From the NCBI GenBank assembly GCA_004764695.1, contig SMSO01000031.1:3510436-3574435 (forward strand): 64,000 nucleotides of DNA, read 5' to 3'. This document shows, in pieces, positions 21,652-33,091 of the stretch (the stretch's first letter is position 1; every line of letters begins with the position of its first letter). A model generated the notes under the pieces. It was given only the letters and a program-made list of their open reading frames with translations. It was not told the DNA's origin and made no database searches. A program made the translations under genes and the position numbers. Origin of the DNA: Schizochytrium sp. TIO01. Taxonomy: Eukaryota; Protista; Bigyra: Labyrinthulomycetes.

Positions 21652-24627
21652 ATGGTCCGTGTACACGCAGAGACAAAGGAGAGCAGCGATGGCAGGTTAG
21701 AGCTGCGAGATGGTGACAACCACAAGTCCGTGCAGGAGCTGGAAAAGGATCAAGTGGAGCTCCATTCATCAGAGCAAAACCTTGCATACTGCATGGCAAT
21801 AGTGCTTCGTTTAAACAATCTCAAAGACAGTGCACTCCCTCGACGACTTATTCGAGCTCTTCTTTCCGCCAATCTGCAAGTTGCAATACTTAAGTCCTCG
21901 GCTACTTCATCAGATAAAGTTGTCATTCTCGTAGACGCGACAACAAACTTATGCGACAATCCAAGAGCAGGAACCGAGGCAGTATGCTCGGATATAGGTG
22001 TTGTTCTGTCGCAGTCTCAGGCTTCACAAGAAGCAAAGGTGAAAGCACGGAACAAAGTGCTTTTTCGCGAGCAAGCACGCCTGAAAGGAGAGCAAGTTTG
22101 CCTAAACTTAACTTCAGACCACATTAAGGATCATGCTCAAGAAGTGATGCAAAACCTCACTCCTGCAGAGGAGCTTGTGCTAATTTATCGTATTATCCAA
22201 AGAGCTTTAGATGAAATTAACATCGATGCCAAAGGTGCCATGTGTATGTTTGACACAATATGCGGAGGCGAACGTTCTACGCCACTAGAGCAGATTGTGG
22301 ATGATATTTTCCCACTGCAAGATGAGGTCTGGAATGAATCATTTTTAAGGACTCTCCGGTTTCCACGAACGAGCCCATCACAAAGTCGCCTTGAAAAATA
22401 TCGCATTTTTTTAATGCATATATGGGAGAAATGGATTGTGCAACGGGGAGACAACATCCATGCAGAAGGACTTCGTATCCAGTTTGGAGACCGCATATTT
22501 ACTTGCGTTGAGTTTATGTTATTCTACCGCACTGGCGTGATTGGCTTGATGGTTGCATGTACTCTTCACTACTTTTTGGTTAGGTTTGCGCTCTGGAGTA
22601 TGTTTATAATTGACCTTGGTGTTATTGGTATCCTTACTTGCTGCGTATGGGCCCCATTACTTGCACGTCGTTGGTCAATTAAATACATGCATCTAGCTAA
22701 ATTTTGGAAAAGTCGGCATGTTCTTGTTCCACTTAAAAGTGTTGAAAACCCCCATGTCCCGTCTAACTATCGAAGCTTATCGCAAGTTCAACGTCATAGA
22801 CGTAGGACAATCGTTAGTTTGATCACTGTCGTATTTGTAGTCTTGAACATCGTCTTACTTGTACCAGTCAGTCTCTTCTTTACTCAGTGGTACGTATACG
22901 GTAAACACGCTCCAACATGTGAGTGCTGTGATTTTCTTCTTTATAAGACAGGCATTGGAAATGGAACTCAAAATATGGAAGATGTTCCTAGGGAACTGTG
23001 GCCCCAGGCGTGCTATGAAGAGTATTTTATACATCGAGAAGCATATCCACTTATGTATAGCGTGCAACCATCAAATTGCGGATACTGGAGTGTCTGTTTT
23101 TCTCAAAGTGCAGCAACGGTTGGAACAGATCGATGGGTGTACATTCTTTGTCAAGGTATCGTAATGGGACTTATCTTGGACGTTTTTCAGACTTATGCTT
23201 TTCGCAAGTTAATGTTTCGACTCACCCGTTTTGAAGCGCATGCAACTCTCGAGAACTTTCAGAAGTTTTATGTTCGCAAATCGTTTTTCTTCATCTGGCT
23301 CAACATGTTTGTTTGGTATCTTTCGATTACTTTCCTGTATGTACCTTTCGGAGCGGCAATTCAGACGTGGCTTGTTGACGCTGGTTTTGGTGTTATTGTA
23401 CCGCCTTGGGGCTGGAGAGCAGACAAAATTCGTCTGGATGAGGCATTTGTGACTCCTGTGATTGTTACCTCATTTGTCAATGGATTCCTAGATCTTTTCG
23501 TTCCCATGCGTATTGCAAAATTGGCAATGAAGGCGAAACGCGCACGAAGGAAACTACAAGCTCTTCGAATATCGCGAGGCGGGTTTTCTTCTCAGACACT
23601 TATAAATACTGCTGCTTGGCAAACCAACAAGCAACCTGAATCTGCAACAGAGGGGGTTCCAATACAATCCGAAGAAATGGGCCGAAGTGAAGCTTTGTAT
23701 CAAGAGATGCAAGCTAATTTATGCGATGCTCCTCATGTACTGAAAAATTTACGATTTTTCTCAAATACTCCAGATCGAAACTCCTACAATGCAGAAGAGG
23801 TTTTATTGCAATCTCTTTTACCAAAATATGCTGAAGACGACGATTACTTGAATATTGTTGTTCAATTAGGCTACCTTTGCATGTTCACAAGCGCTTGGGG
23901 GCTTTTACCTCTCGCAGCATCCTGCAGGCTAGTTTTCTCTTATCGAGGGATATGCTATCGCCTTATGTACGCTTCAAAGAGAACCATTCCCATGGGTGCA
24001 TTGGAGAGTCCAGGGGAATGGTTTTCAGCCTTTTATGTAACTATACTACTCGCTATTCCAGTGATTTGCGCGCAGATTGGGCTTTCTACTGGGGCGCTTG
24101 ACATCGTAGCTCGCTTGGTGACTGATAACAGTGCTTGTGCTTCTGCGATTGTTGACGATGATTTAATGCTACCCGACTGGAAGAACTGCAGTGAATTGTC
24201 TCTTTCAACAAGAGTATTAGTCAGCGTCTTACTTGAACATATCTGTATTTGTATTTTTGCATATACATATTTGAGTACAAATACACATCGCGGCGGAAAT
24301 ACCTTGCTTCAAGATAATGCAAACGAGCGACCTGTAAAGCGAAGCAGCATCAACCAACGAATTGAGGTCTCACGAGACAGACTCACGGCAAACCCTGCTG
24401 GTGAGACAAGCTGTATCGCTTTAGATGAAGTACACCTACAAATGCGGGAAAAGATGAAGGGCTCTTCAGAGAGTGTCATGGAAGATGCCTTTTTCAGTCT
24501 TTGTCGTATTTTACAAGGGCCTGACAAAATATTTAATGAAAAGACCTTCACAGTATCTTCCCTCGAATTGAAGGAAGGGTTTGAAAGTTTATCGCGAAAT
24601 CCCATTGTTGGCCATTATTTTAAATGA
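21652..24627 (+). CDS. Divergent anoctamin/TMEM16-like membrane protein
   Basis: About 990 aa, multi-TM. IFPLQD, LRIQFGDRI, LTRFEAH and DDYLNIVVQLGYLCMFTSAWGLLPLAA match the anoctamin pattern. First ATG at 21652. Confidence 0.8.
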   Translation: MVRVHAETKESSDGRLELRDGDNHKSVQELEKDQVELHSSEQNLAYCMAIVLRLNNLKDSALPRRLIRALLSANLQVAILKSSATSSDKVVILVDATTNLCDNPRAGTEAVCSDIGVVLSQSQASQEAKVKARNKVLFREQARLKGEQVCLNLTSDHIKDHAQEVMQNLTPAEELVLIYRIIQRALDEINIDAKGAMCMFDTICGGERSTPLEQIVDDIFPLQDEVWNESFLRTLRFPRTSPSQSRLEKYRIFLMHIWEKWIVQRGDNIHAEGLRIQFGDRIFTCVEFMLFYRTGVIGLMVACTLHYFLVRFALWSMFIIDLGVIGILTCCVWAPLLARRWSIKYMHLAKFWKSRHVLVPLKSVENPHVPSNYRSLSQVQRHRRRTIVSLITVVFVVLNIVLLVPVSLFFTQWYVYGKHAPTCECCDFLLYKTGIGNGTQNMEDVPRELWPQACYEEYFIHREAYPLMYSVQPSNCGYWSVCFSQSAATVGTDRWVYILCQGIVMGLILDVFQTYAFRKLMFRLTRFEAHATLENFQKFYVRKSFFFIWLNMFVWYLSITFLYVPFGAAIQTWLVDAGFGVIVPPWGWRADKIRLDEAFVTPVIVTSFVNGFLDLFVPMRIAKLAMKAKRARRKLQALRISRGGFSSQTLINTAAWQTNKQPESATEGVPIQSEEMGRSEALYQEMQANLCDAPHVLKNLRFFSNTPDRNSYNAEEVLLQSLLPKYAEDDDYLNIVVQLGYLCMFTSAWGLLPLAASCRLVFSYRGICYRLMYASKRTIPMGALESPGEWFSAFYVTILLAIPVICAQIGLSTGALDIVARLVTDNSACASAIVDDDLMLPDWKNCSELSLSTRVLVSVLLEHICICIFAYTYLSTNTHRGGNTLLQDNANERPVKRSSINQRIEVSRDRLTANPAGETSCIALDEVHLQMREKMKGSSESVMEDAFFSLCRILQGPDKIFNEKTFTVSSLELKEGFESLSRNPIVGHYFK

Positions 24628-24898
24628 GGCCAACGCCACCTGCTTTCGAGGACAATAATATATCAGTATAGGAAAGTTATTGCTCTTAAAAGTTAGTATA
24701 TAGTAAAACAAAGTTGTTCAACGTGTTATTTTGATTATCAGGGTTATGTTTGGTCAAAATCTGCATAATGATGTAGTGTCGCTGAGGTTTGAGGCGGGAG
24801 GGGGGGGGTAAATCAAGCGAATCTTCGCCTCGCATAAATTTTTAACGTTCTATTGTGAATGTACTAACTACTTTTTGTTTTTTTTTGTTTTGCAATTG

Positions 24899-25747
24899 TC
24901 ACACAGACCCTTGAATTAGAACGATTTTCTCGTTGAAACTGACATTGCCATTTAGATCTGTAGGATATTTTTCTTCAATTTCTTTGATTCCCTCCAACAG
25001 CTCCTTTTCTGAGAAGTGTGATTCACTAAAGGTTGACCACATGCGAATCTTTACCATGTTTGTCCAATCTTTCAGTTGCATAGTCACCGGAAACTCAAGC
25101 ACACTGCAGCGCACGTCGTTAAAACCTGCGTCACGCATGTAGCCAGCATATAGGCTTGCATCCTCTTGATTTAACTCCCAGACCTTACGGGCAGCATCAA
25201 ACATGGGGTACTCGAATTCGTATTTGGGTCTCGTCACGGTGACACATCTGCCTCCATCTTGGAGTCCTCGAGCGAGGTCTTTATACATTCCAGCACACTC
25301 TTCGAATCCAAGATGGTGAACAATTTCCTTCAAAAGAAACCGATCGAAGCTCTTGGGCTCCAGAGATGCCGCAAAAGAAGCTGCGTCGGCACACTTCGTA
25401 GAAACACCGGGCACCTTCTGCGCTTCCTTAAGCATCTCTTCAGACATGTCGACACACAGAACCTTCTGCTTCAGGTCGAGCTTTTGATGCAAAAGGCCTG
25501 CAAATCTCCCCGTTCCACCTCCAATATCTGCAATGCGTGCTTCTTCGCTCTCTAGACCCGAGCCCAGGGCTTCAACGATGCAGTCGAGCTGCCATTTCTC
25601 GTATGGGCTATCTTTGGCATAAAACCACGCTCGGTGATAAGATTCTCGCACTGCTGCGTAGTGGTCGTTCGTGGTGCAAAGTCCCCGCTGGGCAAGCTTT
25701 GCTGGAGCTGACCGCAACATCGTGGTCGCAAAACCTGTCAAAGACAT
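24899..25747 (-). CDS. Class I SAM-dependent methyltransferase, possible mitochondrial presequence
   Basis: Motif I IADIGGGTG, VDMSEEML and FDRFLLKEIVHH. First ATG at 25747 (MSLTGFATTMLRS...). Confidence 0.88.
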   Translation of the reverse strand: MSLTGFATTMLRSAPAKLAQRGLCTTNDHYAAVRESYHRAWFYAKDSPYEKWQLDCIVEALGSGLESEEARIADIGGGTGRFAGLLHQKLDLKQKVLCVDMSEEMLKEAQKVPGVSTKCADAASFAASLEPKSFDRFLLKEIVHHLGFEECAGMYKDLARGLQDGGRCVTVTRPKYEFEYPMFDAARKVWELNQEDASLYAGYMRDAGFNDVRCSVLEFPVTMQLKDWTNMVKIRMWSTFSESHFSEKELLEGIKEIEEKYPTDLNGNVSFNEKIVLIQGSV

Positions 25748-26511
25748 TTCGTGTTTACAGCAGAACCTGTTCGCGATATTGCAAAACCAAAACGATATTG
25801 ACAGCAATCTAATTCATAAAAGAAACAATAAAAATAGTTTCTCAATAATAATAAGTAAAAGCTATAAACCCAAAACACTAAAAGGGTCCACAGAAATGAA
25901 AACGTGCTTCGAGGCTCAGAGAATCGATAGATGCATGCACTTTTCCCACGAACAGAAGTAAAACACAAACGCGTGGCTTAGAATCAAGAATCTAAATCGG
26001 GACCAAGGAAATGGAAAGCTCATCTTGCGAGCGTCGCAGCAAGCATAGGTGCCTGGGACCGTGGCGATGTCGTAAGAGAAAGTTGCTTCTTTGCAAGTTT
26101 TGAAGTGAGGAGGATTCAGATGGCAATGGTCAACGTTTTGTGAAGACGAAGAAGAAGCCCGATCAATTGAGACGAGAGAAAAGCGCCATCTTGCTCGCTC
26201 TTTTCCATTTCAACTTCTCATGCCATTTGTTTCATTAAACTTCGTCCTAGCCTCGATGAAGCATCGCCGATGCTCGTAACGTGCCAAATGTACCGTGGCG
26301 GAAGTGGCCTTCCGGCCCGGACGACGCGGCATCGTCTCTCAGCGCTCGGAAGAAGCTTATTTTTGAGGTGCGGAATGAATGATTGAAGGTTTTTCTTTAT
26401 TATTTTTATTACTTTTATTTTTTAATATTATTTTCATTATCAATTAAACATATATATGTAAATTTTAAAAAATAATTGTAAAAGCATTCCCAGACTTCTC
26501 TTCATTCAAGT

Positions 26512-26544
26512 TGAATGAATGAATGAATGAATGAATGAATGAAT
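26512..26544. repeat. (TGAA)n microsatellite
   Basis: About 8 tandem units in an AT-rich divergent intergenic region. Confidence 0.95.
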
Positions 26545-26677
26545 TCTCATTTTCTTCATTTTCTTCAATGAAACCAATTCATCTTACCGAGGCACCTCAA
26601 CAGAACGCTTTCTAACGATATCTAGATCAGCGTCGCTCGAAGACACAACCGCGTTGAGAAAAATCTTGGCGAAAGGA

Positions 26678-27757
26678 ATGAACTCACCGAGCTTTGGAGC
26701 AGCGGCCTGGGCCGTCGCAGTGGCCTCTGGTCTCCTCGCGGGCGTTCGGAGCCGGGCTTTTATCCATCATCGAGGTATCCATACTGGAGCTGGAGCTGGA
26801 GCTGTAGCTGTAGCCACAAGATTTAAGGCTGGCGCTGCGGATTCCAGCTTTAGGCGTGGTGAGGTACTCAAGACTAATGAGGATGACTTGCAGAGGAAAG
26901 TTGACACTCTTGTCAAGGCTGGGAAAAGTCAACTTCGTATCGTAATTGACTTCGACTATACGATGACGCATTTCTGGGTCGGTGGCGATAGAGGTTACTC
27001 ATGCCACCGCACGATCGAGGAGTGTGGATTACTTCCTGATGCATACCACGAAAAGGTTCGTGGCCTGCAAGAAAAGTACTTTCCAATGGAGGTCTCCTCG
27101 GAAATTTCGGTTGAAGAAAAGCGTGTTGCCATGATCGAATGGGTACAGAAAGCCCACGATGCACTGCGTGATGCTGGTTTTCGCAAGGAGTATGTTCCCG
27201 AAGCAGTCCGTCGCACCAAGATGGAGCTTCGAGCAGGTGTGGCTGAGTTCCTTAGCATGCTCAATGACGCTGGCGTCCCGGTGCTTATCTTTTCAGCTGG
27301 TATTGCAGATGTTTTAGAAGAAGTTTTGAGGCAGAGAGGTCAGCTTTACAAGAACATTACCATTGTCTCCAACAAATTTAGTTACAATGAGGATGGGACT
27401 CTCCGTGGGTTTGAGGCTGAACTGGCAGGTCGCGAGCCGTTTCATGTGATGAACAAGTCATTTACTCATGTTGACCCGGCCGTTCGGAAACGCCTTGTCG
27501 AGGAATGGGGAAATATGAGTGATGATTCTACGGTTTTGCTTGTTGGTGACAGCACTGGTGATGTTAGCATGTCTGAAGGGTTGCTCTCTGAGGATGTACG
27601 AAGCACACGCGAGCTAAAGGTTGGCTTTCTCAACTTCAACATTTCAGATCGAATTGATGAATACCAGAACGTGTACGATGTGTTGATTCTTAATGATGGC
27701 GATTTTGGTTACATCAACCATATCGTTCGCCAAATCATTGGTATCCCTTACCATTAA
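26678..27757 (+). CDS. NT5C3: Pyrimidine 5'-nucleotidase (NT5C3/UMPH-1 family, HAD)
   Basis: HAD motif I DFDYT, EEKRVAMIEW, LIFSAGIADVLEE, IVSN, HVMNK, LVGDSTGD and KVGFLN. First ATG at 26678. Confidence 0.92.
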   Translation: MNSPSFGAAAWAVAVASGLLAGVRSRAFIHHRGIHTGAGAGAVAVATRFKAGAADSSFRRGEVLKTNEDDLQRKVDTLVKAGKSQLRIVIDFDYTMTHFWVGGDRGYSCHRTIEECGLLPDAYHEKVRGLQEKYFPMEVSSEISVEEKRVAMIEWVQKAHDALRDAGFRKEYVPEAVRRTKMELRAGVAEFLSMLNDAGVPVLIFSAGIADVLEEVLRQRGQLYKNITIVSNKFSYNEDGTLRGFEAELAGREPFHVMNKSFTHVDPAVRKRLVEEWGNMSDDSTVLLVGDSTGDVSMSEGLLSEDVRSTRELKVGFLNFNISDRIDEYQNVYDVLILNDGDFGYINHIVRQIIGIPYH

Positions 27758-28085
27758 AGTTTACTTGGCCTTCAAAGCATCTTGTTTGCACTTTTGCAGA
27801 GGCCATATTAGTGTTCCTTTCCTAAATGACAAGATACCAAGGTTTCACGAGTTGAGATTCTATCTATTTACTGTTAGCAATAAAATACTTAGCTCAAACT
27901 GGGGCACAACTTTAGCTCCCTATCAAATATTTCTCACACCTCCCCAATTTAGCCTATGAATTAAAAAAATATAATACTTAAAAAAATTAAAATAAATGAT
28001 AAGCTGTGGAACTTTTATTCTCGAGCGCTCAAAGTAATAGATTTCAGATCAGTTGAAGATTTTCAAAACAAGCCATCATTTAACA

Positions 28086-29861
28086 TCATTTTTTATAATT
28101 CTGCGCGGCTGTGCTGCAAAGTCCGGAGTGTCGCTCCGCTGGCTTCAATATTACTCCGGTAATAAACGCTTCCAGACGTTCATGGAAAGGAACCATCTCA
28201 CTATCACGCGTCAGGGCGTCACACCAGCCAATGATAATATCTACGAAGTCATCAAAACTAATACAACGACTAGAAATATCACCTGCAAACATGACGATTG
28301 CGACGGCCGTATCACGGATATCGTCAATGTTTTTCCCGTGACGATCAATTAGATTGATTCGAAGTGTCATTTCCAGTAATTCCTGAAAAGTCATATTCTC
28401 TTCTCCTTGCTTTTTGAAGTAATCAAATGTTCGGACAAGCCTAGGCTCAAAACAGGTTCGGACATTTGCTACACGCTTACTCCTGTAAATCTCCCCCCTT
28501 AAGATTTGTATGTACACCCTTGCTCTGGAAAGCTGAGGTAAAAGTGTAGCATATACCTCCGATGAAGCAAGCACATATTTATCTAGGGCATAGAACACGC
28601 GTCGCGAAATTTGTAAGGTACGCCATGACCTTTCAGTACGATCAATGTCTTTTGCACGAAACCTTAACGTCATAAGGCGAACGACACCTTCGAGAAATTT
28701 TGGGAAGAGTATTGTTCCCTGAGGATCAGCTGCAACGAGCTTTGCCCAAACCCTACTCACAAAAGAGTCATTGAACTTTTCAGTAAGGATATGCTTTTCC
28801 GAGAATCTATAAAACTGCTCCTCAGTCATACGACACCACTGCCCGATTGGGATGCGTTTTGCTTTGATGCCAAAGCTCCCCCCCGACGAAAGTTTTGTTA
28901 AATCAAGATTGCGACGGTTTATTCGTTTTAAGGAATGGGTTCCAGCCGCCGCTTGCTCTTGAAGTTGCGCAATCGCTGATTCTGTATCAGGCGCATCACG
29001 AGGAAAATGAAGATATGAACAGAATAAAACAAAAAGTTCTGATCGAGCACGGTGAAGGTATGCCATGATTTCTCGATCCTCTTCTGCACGATCAAATGGA
29101 TCATGATCAAGGCCCCGGGCACGCACTCGGTCACCCTCGGCTTGGTAGACATCATTAAGCTCAAGCGCAACACCACTGAGCAGTTTTAGATTTGAGCTGA
29201 CATCATCGACATCGAAGTCTTCAAAGGATTGGACAAATGGATTGTCAAAAGCTTTAGAAAAGCGATGACGAGCGCCTTGGATACGACGCACGGACTCCTC
29301 AAAGCCAGAGCGAAGTGCATTATCCATAGGATGGTTCTCGAGGCCGCGACGGAAACACTCTGACGCAGGACCGAATTGTTGGGTCGACATTAAAGCGTGG
29401 CCTCTTAAAAGGTAAGCCTTTTGCATTCTTGGCTCCAGTTCGGCAGCCTGGGCAGCATCGTCTGCGCACTGGTACATTGCTCCACGCATTGCATGTGCAC
29501 GGGCTCTACGTAACAAAAGTTTTGCTTTCCACCGACCTTGCTCTGTGTCATCCAATACAATTATTGCATCCGTATATATAGAAATAGCACCAATAATATC
29601 ATTCTCCTCGAGTGCTTCTCGCGCGGCAGCTTGCGCACGCTCGATATCTTCTTTTAGCTCAGCTAACGCTGTGGCCTCTTGGCGCTCAGCAATTTCCTGC
29701 TTACTTTCTGTATCAACTTTCGCATGTGCAGCAATTCCTTCACTATCAGGTCTCGATGTCTCGGGTGCACCCTTGACAGTCTTCTTGCTTGCTTTGCTCT
29801 GGTTTCGACTTAGAGCTTTCGACGGCGACCGAACTGCACCGCCAACATTAGAAGTCGTCAT
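28086..29861 (-). CDS. TPR-repeat protein with EF-hand-like C-terminal region
   Basis: Three TPR motifs (AISIYTDAI, RARAHAMRG...ADDAAQAAELEP, KAYLLRGHAL...FRRGLENHP). FPKFLEGV and ISFDDFVD are EF-like segments. Confidence 0.85.
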   Translation of the reverse strand: MTTSNVGGAVRSPSKALSRNQSKASKKTVKGAPETSRPDSEGIAAHAKVDTESKQEIAERQEATALAELKEDIERAQAAAREALEENDIIGAISIYTDAIIVLDDTEQGRWKAKLLLRRARAHAMRGAMYQCADDAAQAAELEPRMQKAYLLRGHALMSTQQFGPASECFRRGLENHPMDNALRSGFEESVRRIQGARHRFSKAFDNPFVQSFEDFDVDDVSSNLKLLSGVALELNDVYQAEGDRVRARGLDHDPFDRAEEDREIMAYLHRARSELFVLFCSYLHFPRDAPDTESAIAQLQEQAAAGTHSLKRINRRNLDLTKLSSGGSFGIKAKRIPIGQWCRMTEEQFYRFSEKHILTEKFNDSFVSRVWAKLVAADPQGTILFPKFLEGVVRLMTLRFRAKDIDRTERSWRTLQISRRVFYALDKYVLASSEVYATLLPQLSRARVYIQILRGEIYRSKRVANVRTCFEPRLVRTFDYFKKQGEENMTFQELLEMTLRINLIDRHGKNIDDIRDTAVAIVMFAGDISSRCISFDDFVDIIIGWCDALTRDSEMVPFHERLEAFITGVILKPAERHSGLCSTAAQNYKK

Positions 29862-30607
29862 GGCTTCAACCTTACTTTTAGGCTACTGGCCTACGCAACA
29901 TCTTTTGCAGAAATAACCTAAGCCATGCATCTTTAGCAGGTTCACACGAGTGAGTCAGATTTGACAAAGGCACGTGTGTAGACAAGATTATTAAAATCTA
30001 AGAAAACTGCAAAGACTTCATGAACGGTCCAATAGGCCTTTAAATAGACCCTTACTTACTCTGAACAACTCTAGCTATAGCTACATTTCCTCTGACACTG
30101 TATACAACTGCTTAAGTTGTTTTGAGCCTACTCAACCCTGACTGCAACAGTAAATCGTTCACGATGAGAGCCAACTTTTGGCGACTGATGGCGCTTGTTT
30201 CAGATTGCCAGGCCGCACCTTTTGTAGTGTAGTAGGTACAACGAAAAAGGGAAAGGGGGTAGACAGTAAGTCTCAATCGGTCGACGCCGCCGCTTCGTCA
30301 GCCTTTTCTCAAGGTTGTCCTCGAATTTGGATCAAGCTTTCTTGCGTAAACTTGCAGAACACCCCCAGGGCTGAGATTGCGTGCGGTGGCGAATTGGTAC
30401 CTACTTAGTAAGTAGGTAGGTACCTCCCTAACAGAATCCAGCTCCCGTAGTACAGAACTGGCCCAATTCGAGCTCGCCCCATGCGTGCACAATGCCTGAC
30501 AAAGCGCTCAGATTAGCAAACCTTTTTCAGAGAGAGTCTATTGTCAAACCCAGCCGTCACACTGGACACCTCCCGCTTCAGCTGATTGTAAAGGCCAACA
30601 AACAGCA

Positions 30608-31864
30608 ATGGGCCCCAAACAGCGAGGTGGCAGCTTTGCGGCTAAGCCCTCCACAGGTATGTGGAAAACTTTGCAGAGATTGCTGTTTGGAGCGATTATG
30701 ATTCGCTGGGCCCGCAAAAAGCGCTGGGAGCTAGCTATTGTCAGTGCTATAGCTGTGGCTCTGCACAACCACTCTATAGAATCAACGAGAAAGACTTATA
30801 GGAATGCTCTTCATACGGTGCAAGTGCTTATTTTTGTTGTTCGCAAGTCCATCATCATTGCTATGCGACGAGTTCTCGGCACCTCAGAGCACCCCTACTG
30901 GACCATGCTTGAGGAGATCGTTGTGAAGTCCATTGGTTTTGCAGCACGAATTGGCCATGTTACAGCATCGAGGAGTATGATCGACTGTCATGCAGCTATA
31001 CAGCGTGCAGTTAGTCCATGGATTGGTGCCCGTGTTCAAAATGTTGACTTGGGTCTTGGCCATGGAGAGAACGATGCTCTTTGGATTACGAGGGGTGAAA
31101 ATGCCAAATTGGGTTGTTGTCCTATTGTTCTATATTACCATGGCGGTGGTTATGCAACAGGAAATGCTGGAATGTACCTTTCTGCTCATGTCGAGCTGGT
31201 CCGCCTTTTGGAGGATAAGCACAACATCACATGTGGCGTGCTTTCGATTGAGTACCCATTGGCTCCAGAGACTAAATTTCCTGCTAATTTGAAGTTTGCA
31301 ACATGCGCATATGATGCCGTAGTTGATAAGCTCGATATTTGTCCAACTTCCATCGTGGTAGGTGGGGATTCTGCCGGAGGAGGCGTTGCTCTCGCGGTTG
31401 CAGAGCACTCCTTCTTAAGAAGCATTCGCGAGGATATTGCAGGGGTGAGCGGCCTTATTCTTGTGTCTCCCTGGATGAATCATTCCTGCGAGAGCGGATC
31501 ACATGCAATGCATATTAACACAGATTTCATTGCAGGACCAGAGATTTTGCGTGACTTCTCTGTAGCTTATGCTGGAGAAGAAGATGTAGCGCTCACTCAT
31601 CCGCAGATCTCACCAATTCACGCAGATGTTGATTTCATGCCGCCTGTTCTTCTCACAATTGGGTCACGCGAAGTATTTCGTGACGACATCGAGGTGTTTA
31701 AGGACAAACTCCAAGAAGCAAAGAAGGAGGTCGAGGTCCACACTGGACAGAATTCGCCCCATATTTATCCTCTGCTATGGCCACTTTTCGGGAAGGAATC
31801 ACAAGGGGCACTAGCGCACATGGCGGATTTTTGCGCTCGCCGAATGACCCTATTTAGTCGCTAA
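30608..31864 (+). CDS. Alpha/beta hydrolase, hormone-sensitive-lipase (GDXG) family esterase
   Basis: HGGGY oxyanion motif, GDSAGG nucleophile elbow, YPLAPE, SPW and C-terminal catalytic His (PHIY). Confidence 0.93.
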   Translation: MGPKQRGGSFAAKPSTGMWKTLQRLLFGAIMIRWARKKRWELAIVSAIAVALHNHSIESTRKTYRNALHTVQVLIFVVRKSIIIAMRRVLGTSEHPYWTMLEEIVVKSIGFAARIGHVTASRSMIDCHAAIQRAVSPWIGARVQNVDLGLGHGENDALWITRGENAKLGCCPIVLYYHGGGYATGNAGMYLSAHVELVRLLEDKHNITCGVLSIEYPLAPETKFPANLKFATCAYDAVVDKLDICPTSIVVGGDSAGGGVALAVAEHSFLRSIREDIAGVSGLILVSPWMNHSCESGSHAMHINTDFIAGPEILRDFSVAYAGEEDVALTHPQISPIHADVDFMPPVLLTIGSREVFRDDIEVFKDKLQEAKKEVEVHTGQNSPHIYPLLWPLFGKESQGALAHMADFCARRMTLFSR

Positions 31865-33091
31865 AAATTATGCACTAATCTTTTGCCCGTAGAACTGCTT
31901 CATATTTTTATCACCACTTCTGCTGAAAAAGAAGACAAAAAAAAGAAAGAGCAAACTTCACGCAAGCACTCCCTTGCAAACTCCCTAAGGACTTCAACTC
32001 TTCCATTAAATTATGATGATTTTCCAAATCCAAGTTATCCCTGTGCGCAGCAAGTACGTTCGTAGGTAGGTGAGAGTATTGTAGTTTCCTTTACTTATGT
32101 GGCCCATATCCCTCTAAACTTCATCATTTTCTTCCGTTCCCCTAGTACCCATTAAGCCTTCGTTACCAAGAGCAAATATTCTTCTTTTCGATTCTACAAA
32201 ACTAAAACAAAATAGTAGATCGGACCAGATCGCTAAAGGAGTCGAAACGAAACCATCCAGCTAGCGTACCGAGTTCTGAGAAACTACCTACCATTGGTCG
32301 ACCTTCGATATTATCTTCTTGATGGCCTAGCCATAGAAGGGTTCTAGTTTCGGAGAGGCAGTACGATTCTCTACACTGCACGCGACAGTAAGCACTTTCA
32401 ATGTAAAATCATGAATTGCAATCGCTGCTTTTTCTTTTTCTTCTTCTCTTCTTCTTCTTTGCCCAACTGCTTTGTAGTAATAGTACTATATAGGTTGGTA
32501 GGCTCATGCCAACAAAAAAAACAGAAAAATAGTACTAATACCTACAATTATAGTTGCACTAAAAGTCTTGATAGTCGTCCCATCGGGCTACAATTTTTCA
32601 CCAAGGTCGTGGAAGGTATTCGAGAAGGCTGTGCGTTTGCTGCTTTTGGTGGCACATGGCATCTGCTGGAAACTGCAAAGATCTGAACTCACGTCTTTCT
32701 TCTTTGAAGTATTTCTGGTTCTTTCTGTTTCTTTTTCTTTTCTTAACGTTTGTAGGTATTTTGTTTTTCGTCAGTCCTCCTTTTGAGAGAAAGCTTTTGC
32801 TAGGAACGTTCGCAGAACCAAAGTAATAGTCGTCTCAAGCCGCAAACCCAAATCTATCTGGTCAGCGAACTTGCTGCTGCCGTCCTTGGAGCTTGCTTCG
32901 AAGACTTGGCTAGCGCTTGCACGACACCAAACGCCTAGACCTGCTCTGTCTTAACACCTCTTCAATCTATCTCGAGGTCCCTTCGGTTTGCGTTGAGGCT
33001 CCAGAAAGCGCTCCCGAAGGAAATTTGATTGATCCGAGAAGCTGCAAGCTTCTATATAGACTACTTGCAAAACAAGTATCGCAAATCCAGG

